Source of the DNA: Macrostomum lignano
Taxonomy: Eukaryota
Direction of reading: 5' to 3'
Assembly (NCBI GenBank): GCA_002269645.1
Contig: NIVC01004032.1
Coordinates: 1 to 63,686, forward strand
Length of the DNA: 63,686 bases
A program made the translations under genes and the position numbers. Under the pieces are notes generated by a model. That model was not told where the DNA came from and did not search any database. It saw only the letters and a list, made by a program, of their open reading frames with translations. Positions 1 through 13,355 of this stretch are shown here, one piece after another (positions within the stretch are counted from its first letter, which is position 1; every line of letters begins with the position of its first letter).

Positions 1-360
1 CAAGTGCAGTCGCATTAATTTTGGGGTTAAATTGGAATTTCGACAGGGCTCTGCTCGTGCAATAAACGCCCTTGATGGGCCAACCCCCAAGGCACAGTGA
101 AGTGTACATGCCTAACGATTAATAGTTAGGGCCCCTGTGTGAGTGTTGCCTGCTCAGGGAGTCGGCGGAATGGGCAGTATGCCTCTCGCATGTTGTGTGA
201 CAATGTCACTTAAAGTGCGCCAGAGTGCACACAACCCGGCTTCTGGCTCTAAAAAGGCTCATTATTCCCTGGCTCTCTCAGTCTCCTCCATCTATAGTTT
301 CATCACCCACATGATCATGTACTATCCATAAGACAGACAGCCCAGCTCCTCTCACTTACA

Positions 361-703
361 GAGATTCCAAGAGCCCTGCTCCGCTTGAGGACCGCCAAGA
401 TGCCGGTAGAAGCGACAAGCATAGCAATGCCACCCCGCCAATGGTGACGAAGGCGATCGTTCTTACGAGACCTTTGGCCTCGATAATGTCGAACAGTTTC
501 TCAATTGAGATGCCTGATTTTAGCGACTTGTCAAACGAGGCCAATGTTTGCATCAGCGAGTCCGTGGCCAGAAGGATCCAGACTCCGAGGCAGATGATGA
601 AGCCTCCCGCGACGAAAGCCAGCGAGTTGATGAAGATCAGACAGTTGAGCATGTCATATGTGACTAGGATTGCTTTCTCGTGTCCTGCCCGGACATTGCT
701 CAA
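361..703 (-). CDS. Tetraspanin-family protein, N-terminal exon (TM1-TM2-TM3 start); one -1 frameshift at the C-run 433-436
   Basis: MLNCLIFINSLAFVAGGFIICLGVWILL matches tetraspanin TM1. Adding one G to the G-run gives TIGGGGIAMLVASTGILAVLKRSRALGIS followed by a gtaag donor at ~360, i.e. the TM2-loop G..A...+S+.LL pattern. Downstream exons were not resolved. Confidence 0.7.
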
Positions 704-3700
704 TGAGCAATTGCCACACCAGATGAAATTAACATTGTCAAAACAAAATTATTTTGTGTCGAACACTGCAGAACTGGGTGGATTATGGCTAAGAAATGAT
801 ACCGGTATGCATGTAGAGTTTGCACTTCTAAATATGCATGTGTTCGAGCTTCCGCTTCGATATTAATATACAAGATGAAACTGCAAGCAACAATAGCTGC
901 ATGGGATAATGACATAGAGTACGTGTTTTTAATTGGGAACATCAGTTGCGGATTGATGCAGAATAAGCAGTTAAAATTAGGGTTTCCATAGTCGGTTTTG
1001 AGTGCTTAAAGTGAGATTCAATCCAGCATCTTGTAATGCTACATGATTATAATGTTGTAATAAAGTCAAGTCGATGATTTTGGAGTAACCCACTTGAGGC
1101 AAAAACCTCCACGCTCTGTATATTTTATAGGCCAAGGGGCACGATGACCCGCGCATGTACATCACCGTACGTACTACTAACTAGGCTTACTAAACAAGCT
1201 CCACCTACCACACGGCCTCACCCCACAATGTTTTGAAAGCATTATTATCATATATTGTCATATAAGCCAATACACGATTAGTAGTAGCCGTTTAAACACG
1301 ATTTATTTTAACATTTAATGCACGTTGAATCGTGTTACAATGTTCAGTATTGGTCTATGATCGCTTCGCTTCCCAAAAAAGCGACACTGCACACCCCAGG
1401 AGACGTACGGCGAGATTTACAAGTCGCTTAATTAGCATCAGTGACTAGGGGAGGAGCACCTGGGGGCAGCCATATGGAAGGTTTTATTTTTCCATGGGCT
1501 GCTCCACTCAAATTTTATGCAAGTTTATATCTTATGTAAAACTTAAGACACCTCAATTGATTGCTTTCTTGATATTCCTGTTTTGTTTTACTAACAAAAA
1601 ACCATATTTAAAATCTGTTAATTTCCGTTGGCGAAATTTTTCAAACGAGATTTTCTATGAAACTTGTTTCCTTGTTTCCAGTTTCCAACAGCCCTATCTG
1701 CTGCTGCTGTTTCGTGACTAATTTGTGGTTGTGGCCTTTTGAGTGCTACAACGGATAAATAACTAAAATTTCCATAGTAATTGTCTCTTAATAATGGGTG
1801 AGTTTTCCAAATTTTATCATAAGTTACTTGGACTTCGTTATTTTTTGCATGGCTCAGGTCTACCTGGTCCTGGTCTAGGAGCTGCACTGCACTCTGTAGT
1901 GTAGAACTGTAGAACAGGTGGGGAAGTTCGAAGACTGGAAGGGTGATGCAGTATGCAGCTGCTTTGTTTAAAGCAAATTAAATGCCTATTAGTAATTAAG
2001 TATCTGTAATATTGTTCTAATAATATATAAAATCTGTTTATAAATATTAGTAGATAGGGCAGGGGCCTAGGTAAGACTAGGTAAGACCTATAATTATAAA
2101 AATTTCCATGCTATAACTCTATACTATACTATACCATTGATAGTATTAGTAGTAAACATTGTATATGGCAAAGTTCTTAATAAAATTCCTATTATAAACT
2201 GTATAGTATGACTATAGTATTGAGTAAGACTGTTATATATAAGAAGTTATCCAAAAAGTATCTTCAAAAGTATAGCTAGAAATGGGCCTATCTAAGCTCT
2301 TTAATTATATGCCTTGGCCCTTAGGTAGGCTTTTCTAAAGTATTAATATATTTCAATTCTCAAAAAAGATCTTATGAAATAGATTTATAATTTGTTATTG
2401 TATAGAATATATTATTATAGTTGACAAGCTATTGAAACCCACAGATTTTGAACCCGCTGAATTCTGATCCCTGGAACTGTTTTTGCATGCATTCTTAAAT
2501 CTTAAGTCAAAAAGGGGATAATTAAAGGGGCAAGAGTCAAAAGATTATAGTCAATCAGAATTAGTATTCCGCCGTAAGGAGGGTCCATGTACTGTAGCCG
2601 TAGCCATATGCAAAACTATGGCTTACTCCAATTCTCCATATTCCATAGCTGTAGGGACCCCAAAATTACCATATTCCCGTAGTTCTCGTAGCCATAGTTT
2701 TAACAAAAAGTCTAAAAACAAAATATTTTGAATTAAGAAAATAACCTAGTGCTTAAACAACTGCAAATTAAATTAGAAAATAAAAGAAACACTTAGTTGT
2801 CTTTATAAGATTATATTTTGTCTTTTTTCAGAGCAACAATACTTAATCATTATTGAAAGTTCTAATGCTAAACTTTTTCACATTAATAAAAATTAGAGTT
2901 TGCTAGTGTTTTATTGTACTTTTTTAGGTATATTTTATAAGTTTCTAGGTTGATAATATAGTTTACTAAAAGTATCGTTGTTTTACTCTACCTGTTTCTA
3001 ATATTTTTTTCAATTTTTAACATTAATAACTATGGCTATAGGAATCTATGGAATGTGACAGCAATTACCATATTTCCGTAGTCGTAGCCATAAGAGCAGC
3101 TAGCTATCGTAGGCGTATCTGTAGCTGCCATAGGCACCTTATTTTACTATATTTGCTGTAGGATCCCATAGCCATAGCTACGGCTATGGGGGAACACTAG
3201 TCAGAATATAATTTAAATTTATTGGAATTTTATAGTAGTAGTTAAAATGCATTAAACTTTTATTTATATTTGATAAAATGTATGAGTGTTAAATGTATTA
3301 AGACTAATACAATTATATGACTTCTTCAAGTTTATGTTGATAAAATACTTCTAATTTTCCAATTTTTCTAAAAATTTTACCAGACATTTGGTAGATACCC
3401 AAAAATGGCAAAATGATAAAAAAGCAAAAAATCACCAAGAAACTGTGGTGATGCGACCTCAGTTTATTAATTGACTATTGTGTCAAGGAGAATTCAGTAA
3501 AAACTGTTTCAATAAAATTTGTATTTAATAATGAAAATTTTTCGAAAAAAAATAAGTTGACTTGTTTTGTGAATATAAATTTAAGAAATCACAAGTAATA
3601 TTCATCATTTTCCATTTATAATGTATAGTGAATACAAATGACTTTATCAAAATTGATATTGAGTTTTGTTATAATGTCAAATAATTGCCTTGTCACAGTT

Positions 3701-3865
3701 TCCTCTTTTTTAAATTTGCTATATCTACGATGCGCAACAATATTGTCTCTTGCATTCTGGTTTGTTGCTATCTTTGCTGTTGTAGTGGACATTAATACCT
3801 CTTGCTGAATTATTTAGTGATGTAAGTAATTAATCATATTATAAATGTCTGTAATCAAGTTTGCG

Positions 3866-4880
3866 TTGATAAAATCAATCTCCATGAAGAATCCCCTACC
3901 CAAAAACCCCTTATCCCATTCCATGCCCCAATAGTTGGTCATTGACCTTTTTTGTAAAGATCAATCCCTCTTTCCCTGAGTTTAGAATTTATCAACACCT
4001 TCTTGAATAGGTCTCCATGCCTCTATTAAATGTTATATCGATAAAATCAAACCCCATCAAGGATCCCCCACCTATAAAGTTTAAACCCCCTATTCTCCAT
4101 ATCCCAGTTTTTGGTCATTGACCTTTTGGTAGGCCCTAGAGTTTACCCCCCCCCCCTAGGTCTGGAATTTATCAACACCATCTTGAATAGGTCTCCATCC
4201 CTATAGGAAAAAGTTGTAAAACCGCGGACGGTGTCCGGCGCACTTTTGAAATTTTTCTAAAGCGCAGCGCGCGCACAGGCGCAGCGCCTGCGCGCGCGCT
4301 GCCCTTTCTTACTGGCTGCTGCTCTAGCAAATACATATACATGGAAATGGGTATAATACCTCTGTTGAAGGGGCTTATATACTCGTAATTTATTAAGCTT
4401 AGAGATGTTCCAAAAATTCAATTTCCAAAATTTGATATTTTTTAGAGCGAATTTCAATTTCGAAAAAAAATTTAGAAGTGAAAATTTTGGTAGTGTCTAA
4501 AAAGTTGCTAAAAATAAACTACTTTCTACTAAATATACATGTATTACTTTTTACTTAAGCAGTAAATTGAAAGTAAAAAAGTGAGTGTTGATCATACTAA
4601 ACTTTGTTTTTCTGAATTATGATTTCGGGAAATTTCAATTTTGATTTTGGAAAGTTAGCGAATTTTTATTTCGACGAAACTGCAGATCTTTCGGAACATC
4701 TTTAATAATCCTAAAGCGCGGTAAAATAGTTTGACTCTTTTCTAAAGCGCGCGTCCGCGGGTTTTTAACATTTATTCCAATAGGGGTCTCCATGCCTCTA
4801 TTAAAGTTTATCTTGATAAAATCAATCCCCATGAAGAACCTTCCCACCCTAAAACCCCCTATTCCCCATGTCCCAGTGGT
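3866..4880. repeat. Three degenerate ~172-180 bp tandem units, one junction interrupted by a MITE
   Basis: gataaaatcaa..ccat.aag recurs at 3868, 4040 and 4815. ttgaataggtctccat recurs ending at 4018 and 4198. Removing the MITE plus one TSD (595 bp) restores a 180-bp spacing. Confidence 0.7.
4199..4785. mobile_element. MITE / non-autonomous DNA transposon, 587 bp, imperfect ~32-bp TIRs, 8-bp TSD GTCTCCAT
   Basis: Left end is ccctataggaaaaagttgtaaaaccgcggacg; the reverse complement of the right end is ccctattggaataaatgttaaaaacccgcggacg. gtctccat flanks both sides (4191-4198 and 4786-4793). The empty site gtctccatgcctctattaaa is present at 4011-4030. Confidence 0.8.
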
Positions 4881-6432
4881 TGGGTTTTAAGTGCCTACAT
4901 ATAGTTGGGTTGAAGATACCAAAAAATAAAGCTCAAATTTGAAATCAGCACCATAAAAAATCTATAGAGACAAAATTATGCTCCTGTTAAAATTGCAACT
5001 AATTTATCAACATAAACTTGAAGAAGTCCCAATTATATAATATATCATATCATAAAATCAACAATATTTAAAATTGCATAGCCTTAGTTGGACTAGAAAT
5101 TTTAGACTGCTTCTAAGTCATGAGCTGAACTCTTATAGTTTTTATTTTTTAAATTTAGGCATGGCAACTGCTTAGTAAATGTGGTTTCTTCAAGAGTTTA
5201 GCTAGGAGACAGATATATATATATTATATCCCCTTGTTTTGATGATTAATAGGAAATCAAAATCAGGTTTTAAAAAAAGTAAAATAAAATGGCTTTAGAT
5301 TTAGCAAAATTGCCCAAAATGCTGCATTAAAAATGTATTTCACTCAAATTATAATTAAAATATTTTAAATGATATTTTTACAAATCCCAAGTTCCCAAAA
5401 TGGCATGTTATAATGATAGCTTTCATCTTGATTGTAACAAATTTAGTTATTTAGTATATTAATAAAATATCCTTGGTATTTTTTAAATATATAATAAATA
5501 GAAAATCACAAAAACTACTTTATTTGACTGCAACTCTATGCCTTTCAGTTATCCCCCTTATTTCAAAATCCCACCTATGCCACTAGGTTTATTGAAGGCA
5601 GTAAGTGAAATAAATAAGCCACATTGAACAAGTCTAAAGCTTAGATATTGACTTTTTTTTACTATTGCCCTTTTAATCTGTCACTCTTAATCAGTTCCTT
5701 GCAATAAGTACTCTTCTTAATATTATTGCATTGATTATATGAATTTGCAATAGAATAATATCATGTTAAATAATAATTTTTTTCTCTTTTATATATGAAC
5801 ATATGTAAGTAAAAGTATAAGCACTCAATTTAAGAGCCCTACCCAAGATAAAGTCAAGAATAAATTGGTATAAAGCACACAAACAAAATAAATAAGACTT
5901 CAAGGCAAAGGTTCTTTTTGTACTTGATTATGTATTAAATGTGTGTTGAATACCAAGAAGTTAGTTATCCATTGGGTGCCCAGTATATATTTATGGACAA
6001 ATTAATGGTATTCTAGAATTTTCTCTATAATTATAACAAAGATACAATATTATTCTTTGTAACTATAAAGTATGCATCACTAAAATGTAGGAATATTTTT
6101 AAGGAAATTCATAGAAAAATGGAGAAATTTCTAGAATTTAGGGACATTGAGATAATGCCACAACAAGCTTATGCAGGAGTTCTTAGGAGTCAACAGGATG
6201 GCCAAAAATACCGTAGAGCTAGTTTAATGATAATTTTGCCAAAGGTGTGTTACCACAATAGCCCTTCTATGAATATTTATTTATTTTTTCCAAAAAGTAT
6301 ATGGGTTTTCAATACAGTTTATCCAATAGTGTATTAAGCAATATTTGTATATGTCTGACTACCGAGACCTAGAAGAATGTATTAGGTATTTAGTAGTGAC
6401 ATCACTGCCATCTAACTCATGCCGATTCTCAG

Positions 6433-9381
6433 GTGAATGCCTAGCCAACATCCCCTATGCATCAGTCATAGCATTCGTTCTGGTGCTCATTGGTGGCTGT
6501 GTAATGACTGGCACGCTGTATGAGGCTGTGCGACAGACTGATGTGTACTTCCGCTCCACCTTCTACCCCATTGAAGAGTGAGTTCCTTGCAATTGGAGTC
6601 TATTTTTGCTTCGGGAATTTTCTCACATTTATTGTACCCTGGCATTGTCAGTGAGTTCTTTGTTTGGCAACTGAAGCCAAATCCTATCCAACAGACTGCA
6701 TCCCACACCCCATCACATGATCTCCCGGCCTTCACCGCAACTCAGTCCCGTGACCCGCCACCATCCTCAGTCCCGTGACCTCCCGCCGCCACCCTCAGTC
6801 CCATGACCTCCCGCCGCCACCCTCAGTCCCGTGACCTCCCGCCGCCACCCTCAGTCCCTTGACCTCCCGCCGCCACCCTCAGTCCCATGACCTCCCGCCG
6901 CCACCCTCAGTCCCGTGACCTCCCGCATCCACCCTCAGTCCCGTGACCTCCCGCCGCCACCCTCAGTCCCGTGACCTACCGCCGCCACCCTCAGTCCCGT
7001 GACCTCCCGCCGCCACCCTCAGTCCCGTGACCTCCCGCCGCCACCCTCAGTCCCGTGACCTCCCGCCGCCACCCTCAGTCCCGTGACCTCCCGCATCCAC
7101 ACTCAGTCCCGTGACCTCCCGCATCCACCCTCAGTCCCGTGACCTCCCGCCGCCACCCTCAGTCCCGTGACCTCCCGCCGCCACCCTCAGTCCCGTGACC
7201 TCGCGCATCCACCTTCAGTCCCGTGACCCCCCACTCATGGCTTCGCAGGCTGCTGTACGTGCAGATCGCCAGCGTGGTGGTGTCGCCAGTCACGGTGGTG
7301 CTGGCCGTCATTCTGCTCACCTTCGGCATTCTGGCCACCGGCGCCACCCGCAATAAAATTTACCGCGGCGACCGGTGCATCCTGGGCGGCCGCTTCTCAG
7401 CCGGCCTGTTTATGGCCTTCTCCTACCTGATCAGCCTCGTCTGGGTGGGCATCGCCTGCTTCCTGATGATCCCCATCGTTGGCTACATCATGATGGACAA
7501 GGTGTGCTACGAGGAGTGGACTTACTGGAGGGATATCGACGGGGAGAAGACCAATGCAAAGTTCTTCACGTACTTCAAATTCAACTTGACACACTATGGT
7601 AAGGCTGGCTTAAGAAATCCAGTGGATTGCTAGTCTAACCAATCATGGATTAAGGAATAGAGTGGATTGCTAGTCTAACCAATCATGGATTAAGGAATAG
7701 AGTGGATTGCTAGTCTAACCAATCATGGATTAAGGAATAGAGTGGATTGCTAGTCTAACCAATCATGGATTAAGGAATAGAGTGGATTGCTAGTCTAACC
7801 AATCATGGATTAAGGAATAGAATGGATTGCTAGTCTAATCGATCATGGATTAAGAAATAGAATGGACTGCTAATCTAACCAATCATGGCTTAAGAAATGG
7901 AATGGAATTGCTAATCTAATCAATCATGGATTAAGGAATAGAATGGATTGCTAATCTAGCCAATCATGAATTAAGTAATGGAATGGATTGCTAGTCTACC
8001 CACCATATTCAAACTAAAGTAGAATATACAAAGTCAATTTATTAACACTAGAGTTGATTGCAACATCCAACAATAATTTGGCAAATATTTTTCAGGCCTC
8101 TACAAGAAGCTGTACACGTTTCGACCGGAATTAAAGTTCAACGAAACCATCACAACCGCCACAGCTTTCCAAAATTTCTGTTCCAAGGTAAGCCAATTAA
8201 AAAGCTTTCTTCTTTTAGTACGAGTAATGTTATTCTTAATCAAAAGTAGCTAATGTACTTGATTGGGCTGATGCGTTTCAGATCGGAACAATTGGCCCAC
8301 TTTATGCCTTCGCCTGGGCCGGCGCCGTCTTTGTTATCTTTGGATTGGTGAGTTTGAGCGCTGGGCACTGAGTACTGAGCACTGAGCACTGAGCACGATT
8401 TTTTCTGGGGTTGGCTGTGGGGCTCTGTAAATCTGAGTATGGGGTGTGGGGTTCTGTAAATCTGAGGATGGGGTCTGGGGTTCTGTAATCTGATGATGGG
8501 GTGTGGGGTTCTGTAATCTGAGCATAGTGTGTGGGGTTCTGTAATCTGAGGATGGGTGTGGGGTTCTGTAATCTGAAGATAGGGTGTGGGGTTCTGTAAT
8601 CTGAGGATGGGGTGTGGGGTTCTGTAATCTGATGATGGGGTGTGGGGTTCTGTAATCTGAGGATAGGGTGTGGGGTTCTGTAATCTGAGGATGGGGTGTG
8701 GGGTTCTGTAATCTGATGATGGGGTGTGGGGTTCTGTAATCTGATGATGGGGTGTGGGGTTCTGTAATCTGAGGATGGGGTGTGGGGTTCTGTAATCTGA
8801 GTATGGTGTGTGGGGTTCTGTAAATCTGAGGATGGGGTGTGGGGTTCTGTAATCTGAGTATGGTGTGTGGGGTTCTGTAAATCTGAGTATGGTGTGTGGG
8901 GTTCTGTAATCTGAGTATGGTGTGTGAGGTTCTGTAATCTGAGGATTGGGGTGTGGGGCTCTGTAATCTGAGGATGGGGTGTGGGGTTCTGTAAATCTGA
9001 GTATGGTGTGTGGGGTTCTGTAAATCTGAGTATGGTGTGTGTGTTTCTGTAATCTGAGTATGGTGTGTGAGGTTCTGTAATCTGAGGACTGGGGTGTGGG
9101 GCTCTGTAATATGAGGATGGGGTGTGGGGCTCTGTAATCTGAGGATGGGGTGTGGGGTTCTGTAATCTGAGGATTGGGGTTCTGTAATCTGCGGATGGGT
9201 GTGGGTTTTCTTACCGCAGTCCGGAGTTCACCGCAACCCGCAGATGTGCTTCATTGGCGCCCTGTCCGCAAACTTCACCAAGCTGAAGTACACGAAGGAG
9301 CTCACAGACTACAGAGCCGCTGGCGAGGTGAGCACAGAGATGGACTACCTGGGAAAGTCCATGGACCGGCCGACCTTCTGA
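6433..9381 (+). CDS. M6: M6 / proteolipid protein (PLP/DM20/GPM6 family), 4-TM; exons 6433-6577, 7249-7598, 8096-8187, 8282-8347, 9244-9381; start exon uncertain
   Basis: CLANIPYASVIA, LLTFGILATGATRNKIYRGDRCILGGRFSAGLFMAFSYLISLVWVG, GPLYAFAWAGA and FIGALSANFTKLK match family motifs. All GT-AG junction phases are compatible. Confidence 0.9.
6755..7230. repeat. 28-bp intronic minisatellite, ~17 copies
   Basis: Unit ccctcagtcccgtgacctcccgccgcca, within an M6 intron. Confidence 0.95.
7620..8000. repeat. 40-bp intronic minisatellite, ~9 copies
   Basis: Unit agtggattgctagtctaaccaatcatggattaaggaatag; it degrades toward the 3' end. Confidence 0.95.
8410..9200. repeat. ~28-bp intronic minisatellite
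   Basis: Unit tctgtaatctgaggatggggtgtggggt fills the last M6 intron. Confidence 0.95.
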
Positions 9382-9814
9382 TTGGCTGGCTTTTTAGATA
9401 TATGATGAAGACATGACAGCTGAAATGCCGTTATAAATTTTTATTTAGTTTGCACTGTTATTACTGTAAGTAGTTAGTAAGAACCGTGAACAATTTTCCA
9501 ATTTTTTTAATTTTCTAAATTAAATGTAATTCTTGTACATAGCTACAGCATCTTCTGTACAAGTTTATCTGTTTTATAAAGATTTTCGAGTTCAAACTTC
9601 CGCGAATTCGAAATCCAACAAATGTGCGTTGCAAAATCTGTAAAAAAAATTTTATGACATGATTTTCTGAAGTTCCCAAAGCACATTCTTTGCTTCAGTG
9701 CGCGTGCCATGCTTTAATCAATTTTATTTAACAATTATTATGCAAAATACAAAATGAACTCTGCATTCCATATTGCTGAAATTTTAAATCATGAAATTAG
9801 TGTCTTAGTGTCTT

Positions 9815-9850
9815 TCTGTATGTCTATCTGTCTGTCTAAGTGTCTGTCTA

Positions 9851-9891
<41 letters not shown>

Positions 9892-10110
9892 ACTTCTATG
9901 ATACGCATGCCCGAATATGCATGGGCAGAACTATAACAGTGAGCAGCATATGCATGGGCAGAACTGTAACAGTGAGCAGCATATGCATGGGCAGAACTGT
10001 AACAGTGGGCAGCATATGCATGGGCAGAACTGTAACAGTGAGCAGCATATGCATGGGCAGAACTGTAACAGTGGGCAGCATATGCATGGGCAGAACTGTA
10101 ACAGTGGGCA
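9815..10110. repeat. (TGTC)n microsatellite followed by a 33-bp minisatellite (~6 copies)
   Basis: Unit atgcatgggcagaactgtaacagtgagcagcat at 9917-10110. Confidence 0.9.
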
Positions 10111-10497
10111 GTGGCTGGACACCGACAAACAAGCAGACAAGCTACTGGTGGCTTAAAAAACTATTGGGGTAGTGAGATGAGATTAATCATTTGCATTTCT
10201 GCCCCCTCCACTCCCCAGCAGCTCCCAATGAAGTCCAGCTGAGCATGCAGGGCCGCAGTTTTCAACGGCAGCGGGCAGCCAACCCATCCCACTTATCATG
10301 GGTGCTGAGGCACAGTGTTAGGGCTGCGTGGAAATTAAAATACGTGTTGCCTTGGTAACTGCGATGCTTCCACTAGGCAGATAGGCTGTGGGCAGAAGCC
10401 AGCCAGTATTCATAACTGGGAAGCAAAGGCTACATGTATAGCAGCTGGTGGGCTGTTTCAATCGGAGCAACTGCAAACGAATCTTATTTAAAAAATT

Positions 10498-11672
10498 ATG
10501 GAAGCTAAAATGACAGATTTCGCGGTTCTGCTTTTTCTGTTGAAGTTCTTGGCCGGCGCAGATGCAGAGCTGCTCGAAATGCTGCACGAAGTTCACAGCA
10601 GCAGCTGGGCTGGCGATCGGGTTCACCAGTTCGACATTTCCGGCACTGCACAGGCTGGCGGCGAGCTGCAGTGCGCGGTGCTGGCCGCCAAGAGGCTGCA
10701 CCCTGACCAGTTTCTGGTCTTCATCGGAGGCCTCGGTGTGGGACGGTCGCAGTGTTTTCTGGGTGAGTTGAGTACGCCAACCACAGTTGCATGCACTAGC
10801 CGCTCAGGATTTCATTCCAATACCCCACGCTGCACTTCAGCCAGCCGGAGTGGCGCGGTGTGTCGCCGCCTGATGCCGCCGACTGAGGCGTCTCCGTGCT
10901 GCACCAGGGTGACTGACCATTGCAGTTCTCTGCGTAACCTTTGTCCGTGTGCTGTGAGATGGCCAGCTGCTAACTGCGACCCCCACCCGATGTTGCAGGT
11001 GTTTGTGACGTCGCTCAGCGGCTGCCTCATCAGCGTTCAGCGCCGAGTCGACGACTCGACCAGCTTCAATCGCAGCTGGGCCGAATACGCAGCCGGCTTC
11101 GGTCCTGGGCCGCACAGCAACCACTGGATCGGTGAGGCCACAATTTCCGTATGCAGGCGACTCAGTGTGAACCGTAGTATGCATATACAGTGTTTACCGT
11201 GTGTACCGTACCGTATGTCACAGTTGCGCTTGCTCAATTGACAGGTCTGAGAAGCCTCAACTCCCTCACGTGGCCTTCTGGTCGGCAGCTGCGCATTCGG
11301 ATGAGGCTGTGGAACGACATGGAGTACTGGGCGAACTACAGCTCCTTCTCTGTGGACAGCGAGGACAGCAAGTTTCAAGTCAGCATCAGCGGCTTCAGCG
11401 GCAGTTCAGGACTGGGAGACTGCATGGCTATCTGCAACGGCATGAAGTTCAGCACCTTTGATTCGGACAACGACATTAATCCAGGGAGCTGCAGTGCCTC
11501 GTACAAGGGAGGCTGGTGGTACGGTACGTGCCACTGCACCAACCCGAACGGACTTTACTTTTATTCGCCCACTGCTCTCAATACAGCGCCTGCCTATGCC
11601 AAGAGCGTCTGCTGGAGCAATCCATTTGGCTACTACTATTCGATGAAGGAGTTCGAGATGCTGCTTCTGTGA
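10498..11672 (+). CDS. Secreted fibrinogen-related domain (FReD) protein; exons ~10498-10762, 10841-10908, 10999-11131, 11245-11672
   Basis: Signal peptide (FAVLLFLLKFLAGADA) and FReD motifs QRRVDDSTSFNRSWAEYAAGFG, HWIG/GL, KFSTFDSDND, GGWWY..C...NPNG, SMKEFEM. Splice phases are consistent. Confidence 0.85.
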
Positions 11673-12169
11673 GTGCGGATAGCTCGGACTGAAAATTAGA
11701 TATAATTAAACTCTATGATGCAGCAGAAAGAGCAGAAACTTCAATGCGTAATTCTTGCAGGCTAAATCAATGCGTAAATCAACGAAATTTTTTTGAAAAG
11801 AACAAAGAAAAAACAAACACTCTGAGCTTTAAAGCGCCTTAGATCCGCCTGAAACGTTCTCTGAAAAATCTTCTAAGCCTTCTTCTAAGTTTTCCTTAAT
11901 GATATTGGTCGTTTGAAGTCAATAATAACATGTACGTTTTTTCGAATTGTCCCCGAGCCGTCTCTTAGGTTATTCAAGCAAAGCCTGACTTTCCTATCTC
12001 GAATCTAGACAAAAAATGCGGACTTCTTTCCAATAAAATTGTCTCAACAGCAGCTGCTACAATGCCTACATCCTAGTTGTCAGTTTTTGTCAGTCCAAAT
12101 ATAAATAAGACTAAAGAAGTGACTGTTCTGCCAGCATTAAACGTTTCTCGATTGGGTCATTGTGGACAC

Positions 12170-13355
12170 TGTCAATCATTGTGGATGTCACTGTGGATGC
12201 TGTCACTGTGAATGCTGTCACTGTGGATGCTGTCATTGTGGATGCTGTCACTGTGGATTTTGTCACTGTGGATGCTGCCGCCACTGTGTATGCTGTCACT
12301 GTGGATGTTGTCACTGTGTATGCTGTCACTGTGGATGTTGTCACTGTGTATGCTGTCACTGTGGATGTTGTCACTGTGGATGCTGTCACTGTGGATGTTG
12401 TCACTGTGGATGCTGTCACTGTGGATGCTGTCACTGTGGATGCTGTCACTGTGAATGCTGTCACTGTGGATGCTGTCATTGTGGATGCTGTCACTGTGGA
12501 TTTTGTCACTGTGGATGCTGCCGCCACTGTGTATGCTGTCACTGTGGATGTTGTCACCGTGTATGCTGTCACTGTGGATGTTGTCACTGTGTATGCTGTC
12601 ACTGTGGATGTTGTCACTGTGGATGCTGTCACTGTGGATGTTGTCACTGTGGATGCTGTCACTGTGGATGCTGTCACTGTGGATGTTGTCACTGTGGATG
12701 CTGTCACTGTGGATGCTGTCACTGTGGATGTTGTCACTGTGGATGCTGTCACTGTGGATGCTTTCACTGTGGATGCTGTCACTGTGGATGCTGCCGCCAC
12801 TGTGTATGCTGTCACTGTGGATGTTGTCACTGTGGATGCTGTCACTGTGGATGCTGTCACTGTGGATGCTGTCATTGTGGATGCTGTCACTGTGGATGCT
12901 GTCACTGTGGATGCTGTCACTGTGAATGCTGTCACTGTGGATGTTTTCACTGTGGATGCTGTCACTGTGGATGCTGTCACTGTGGATGTTTTCACTGTGG
13001 ATGCTGTCACTGTGGATGCTGCCGCCACTGTGTATGCTGTCACTGTGGATGTTGTCACTGTGGATGCTGTCATTGTGGATGCTGTCACTGTGGATGCTGT
13101 CATTGTGGATGCTGTCACTGTGGATGTTGTCACTGTGGATGCTGTCACTGTGGATGCTGTCACTGTGGATGCTGTCACTGTGGATGTTGTCACTGTGAAT
13201 GCTGTCACTGTGGATGCTGTCATTGTGGATGCTGTCACTGTGGATGCTGTCATTGTGGATGCTGTCACTGTGGATGCTGTCATTGTGGATGCTGTCACTG
13301 TGGATGCTGTCACTGTGGATGCTGTCATTGTGGATGCTGTCACTGTGGATGCTGT
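12170..13355. repeat. 15-bp minisatellite, ~79 copies, intergenic
   Basis: Unit gctgtcactgtggat. A 243-bp internal higher-order duplication is marked by the variant gatgctgccgcc at 12271 and 12514. Confidence 0.95.

Noticed and set aside
1618-1887. HAKNNE..YDKIWKTHPLL resembles a piggyBac transposase motif (DKLxKIRPLL)
   Set aside because: The match is short, with no downstream DDD-domain motifs, TTAA TSD or TIRs. It is at most a decayed remnant; a tBLASTn would decide.
2570-3200. Cluster of tagccgtagc/gctacggcta and ccatatt..cgtag motifs in direct and inverted orientation
   Set aside because: It may be an old MITE, but no clean TIR pair or TSD could be defined.
4264-4327. GC hairpin followed by CTAG, suggesting a Helitron 3' end
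   Set aside because: The CTAG is not followed by T, and the hairpin lies inside a TIR/TSD-bounded element that explains it better.
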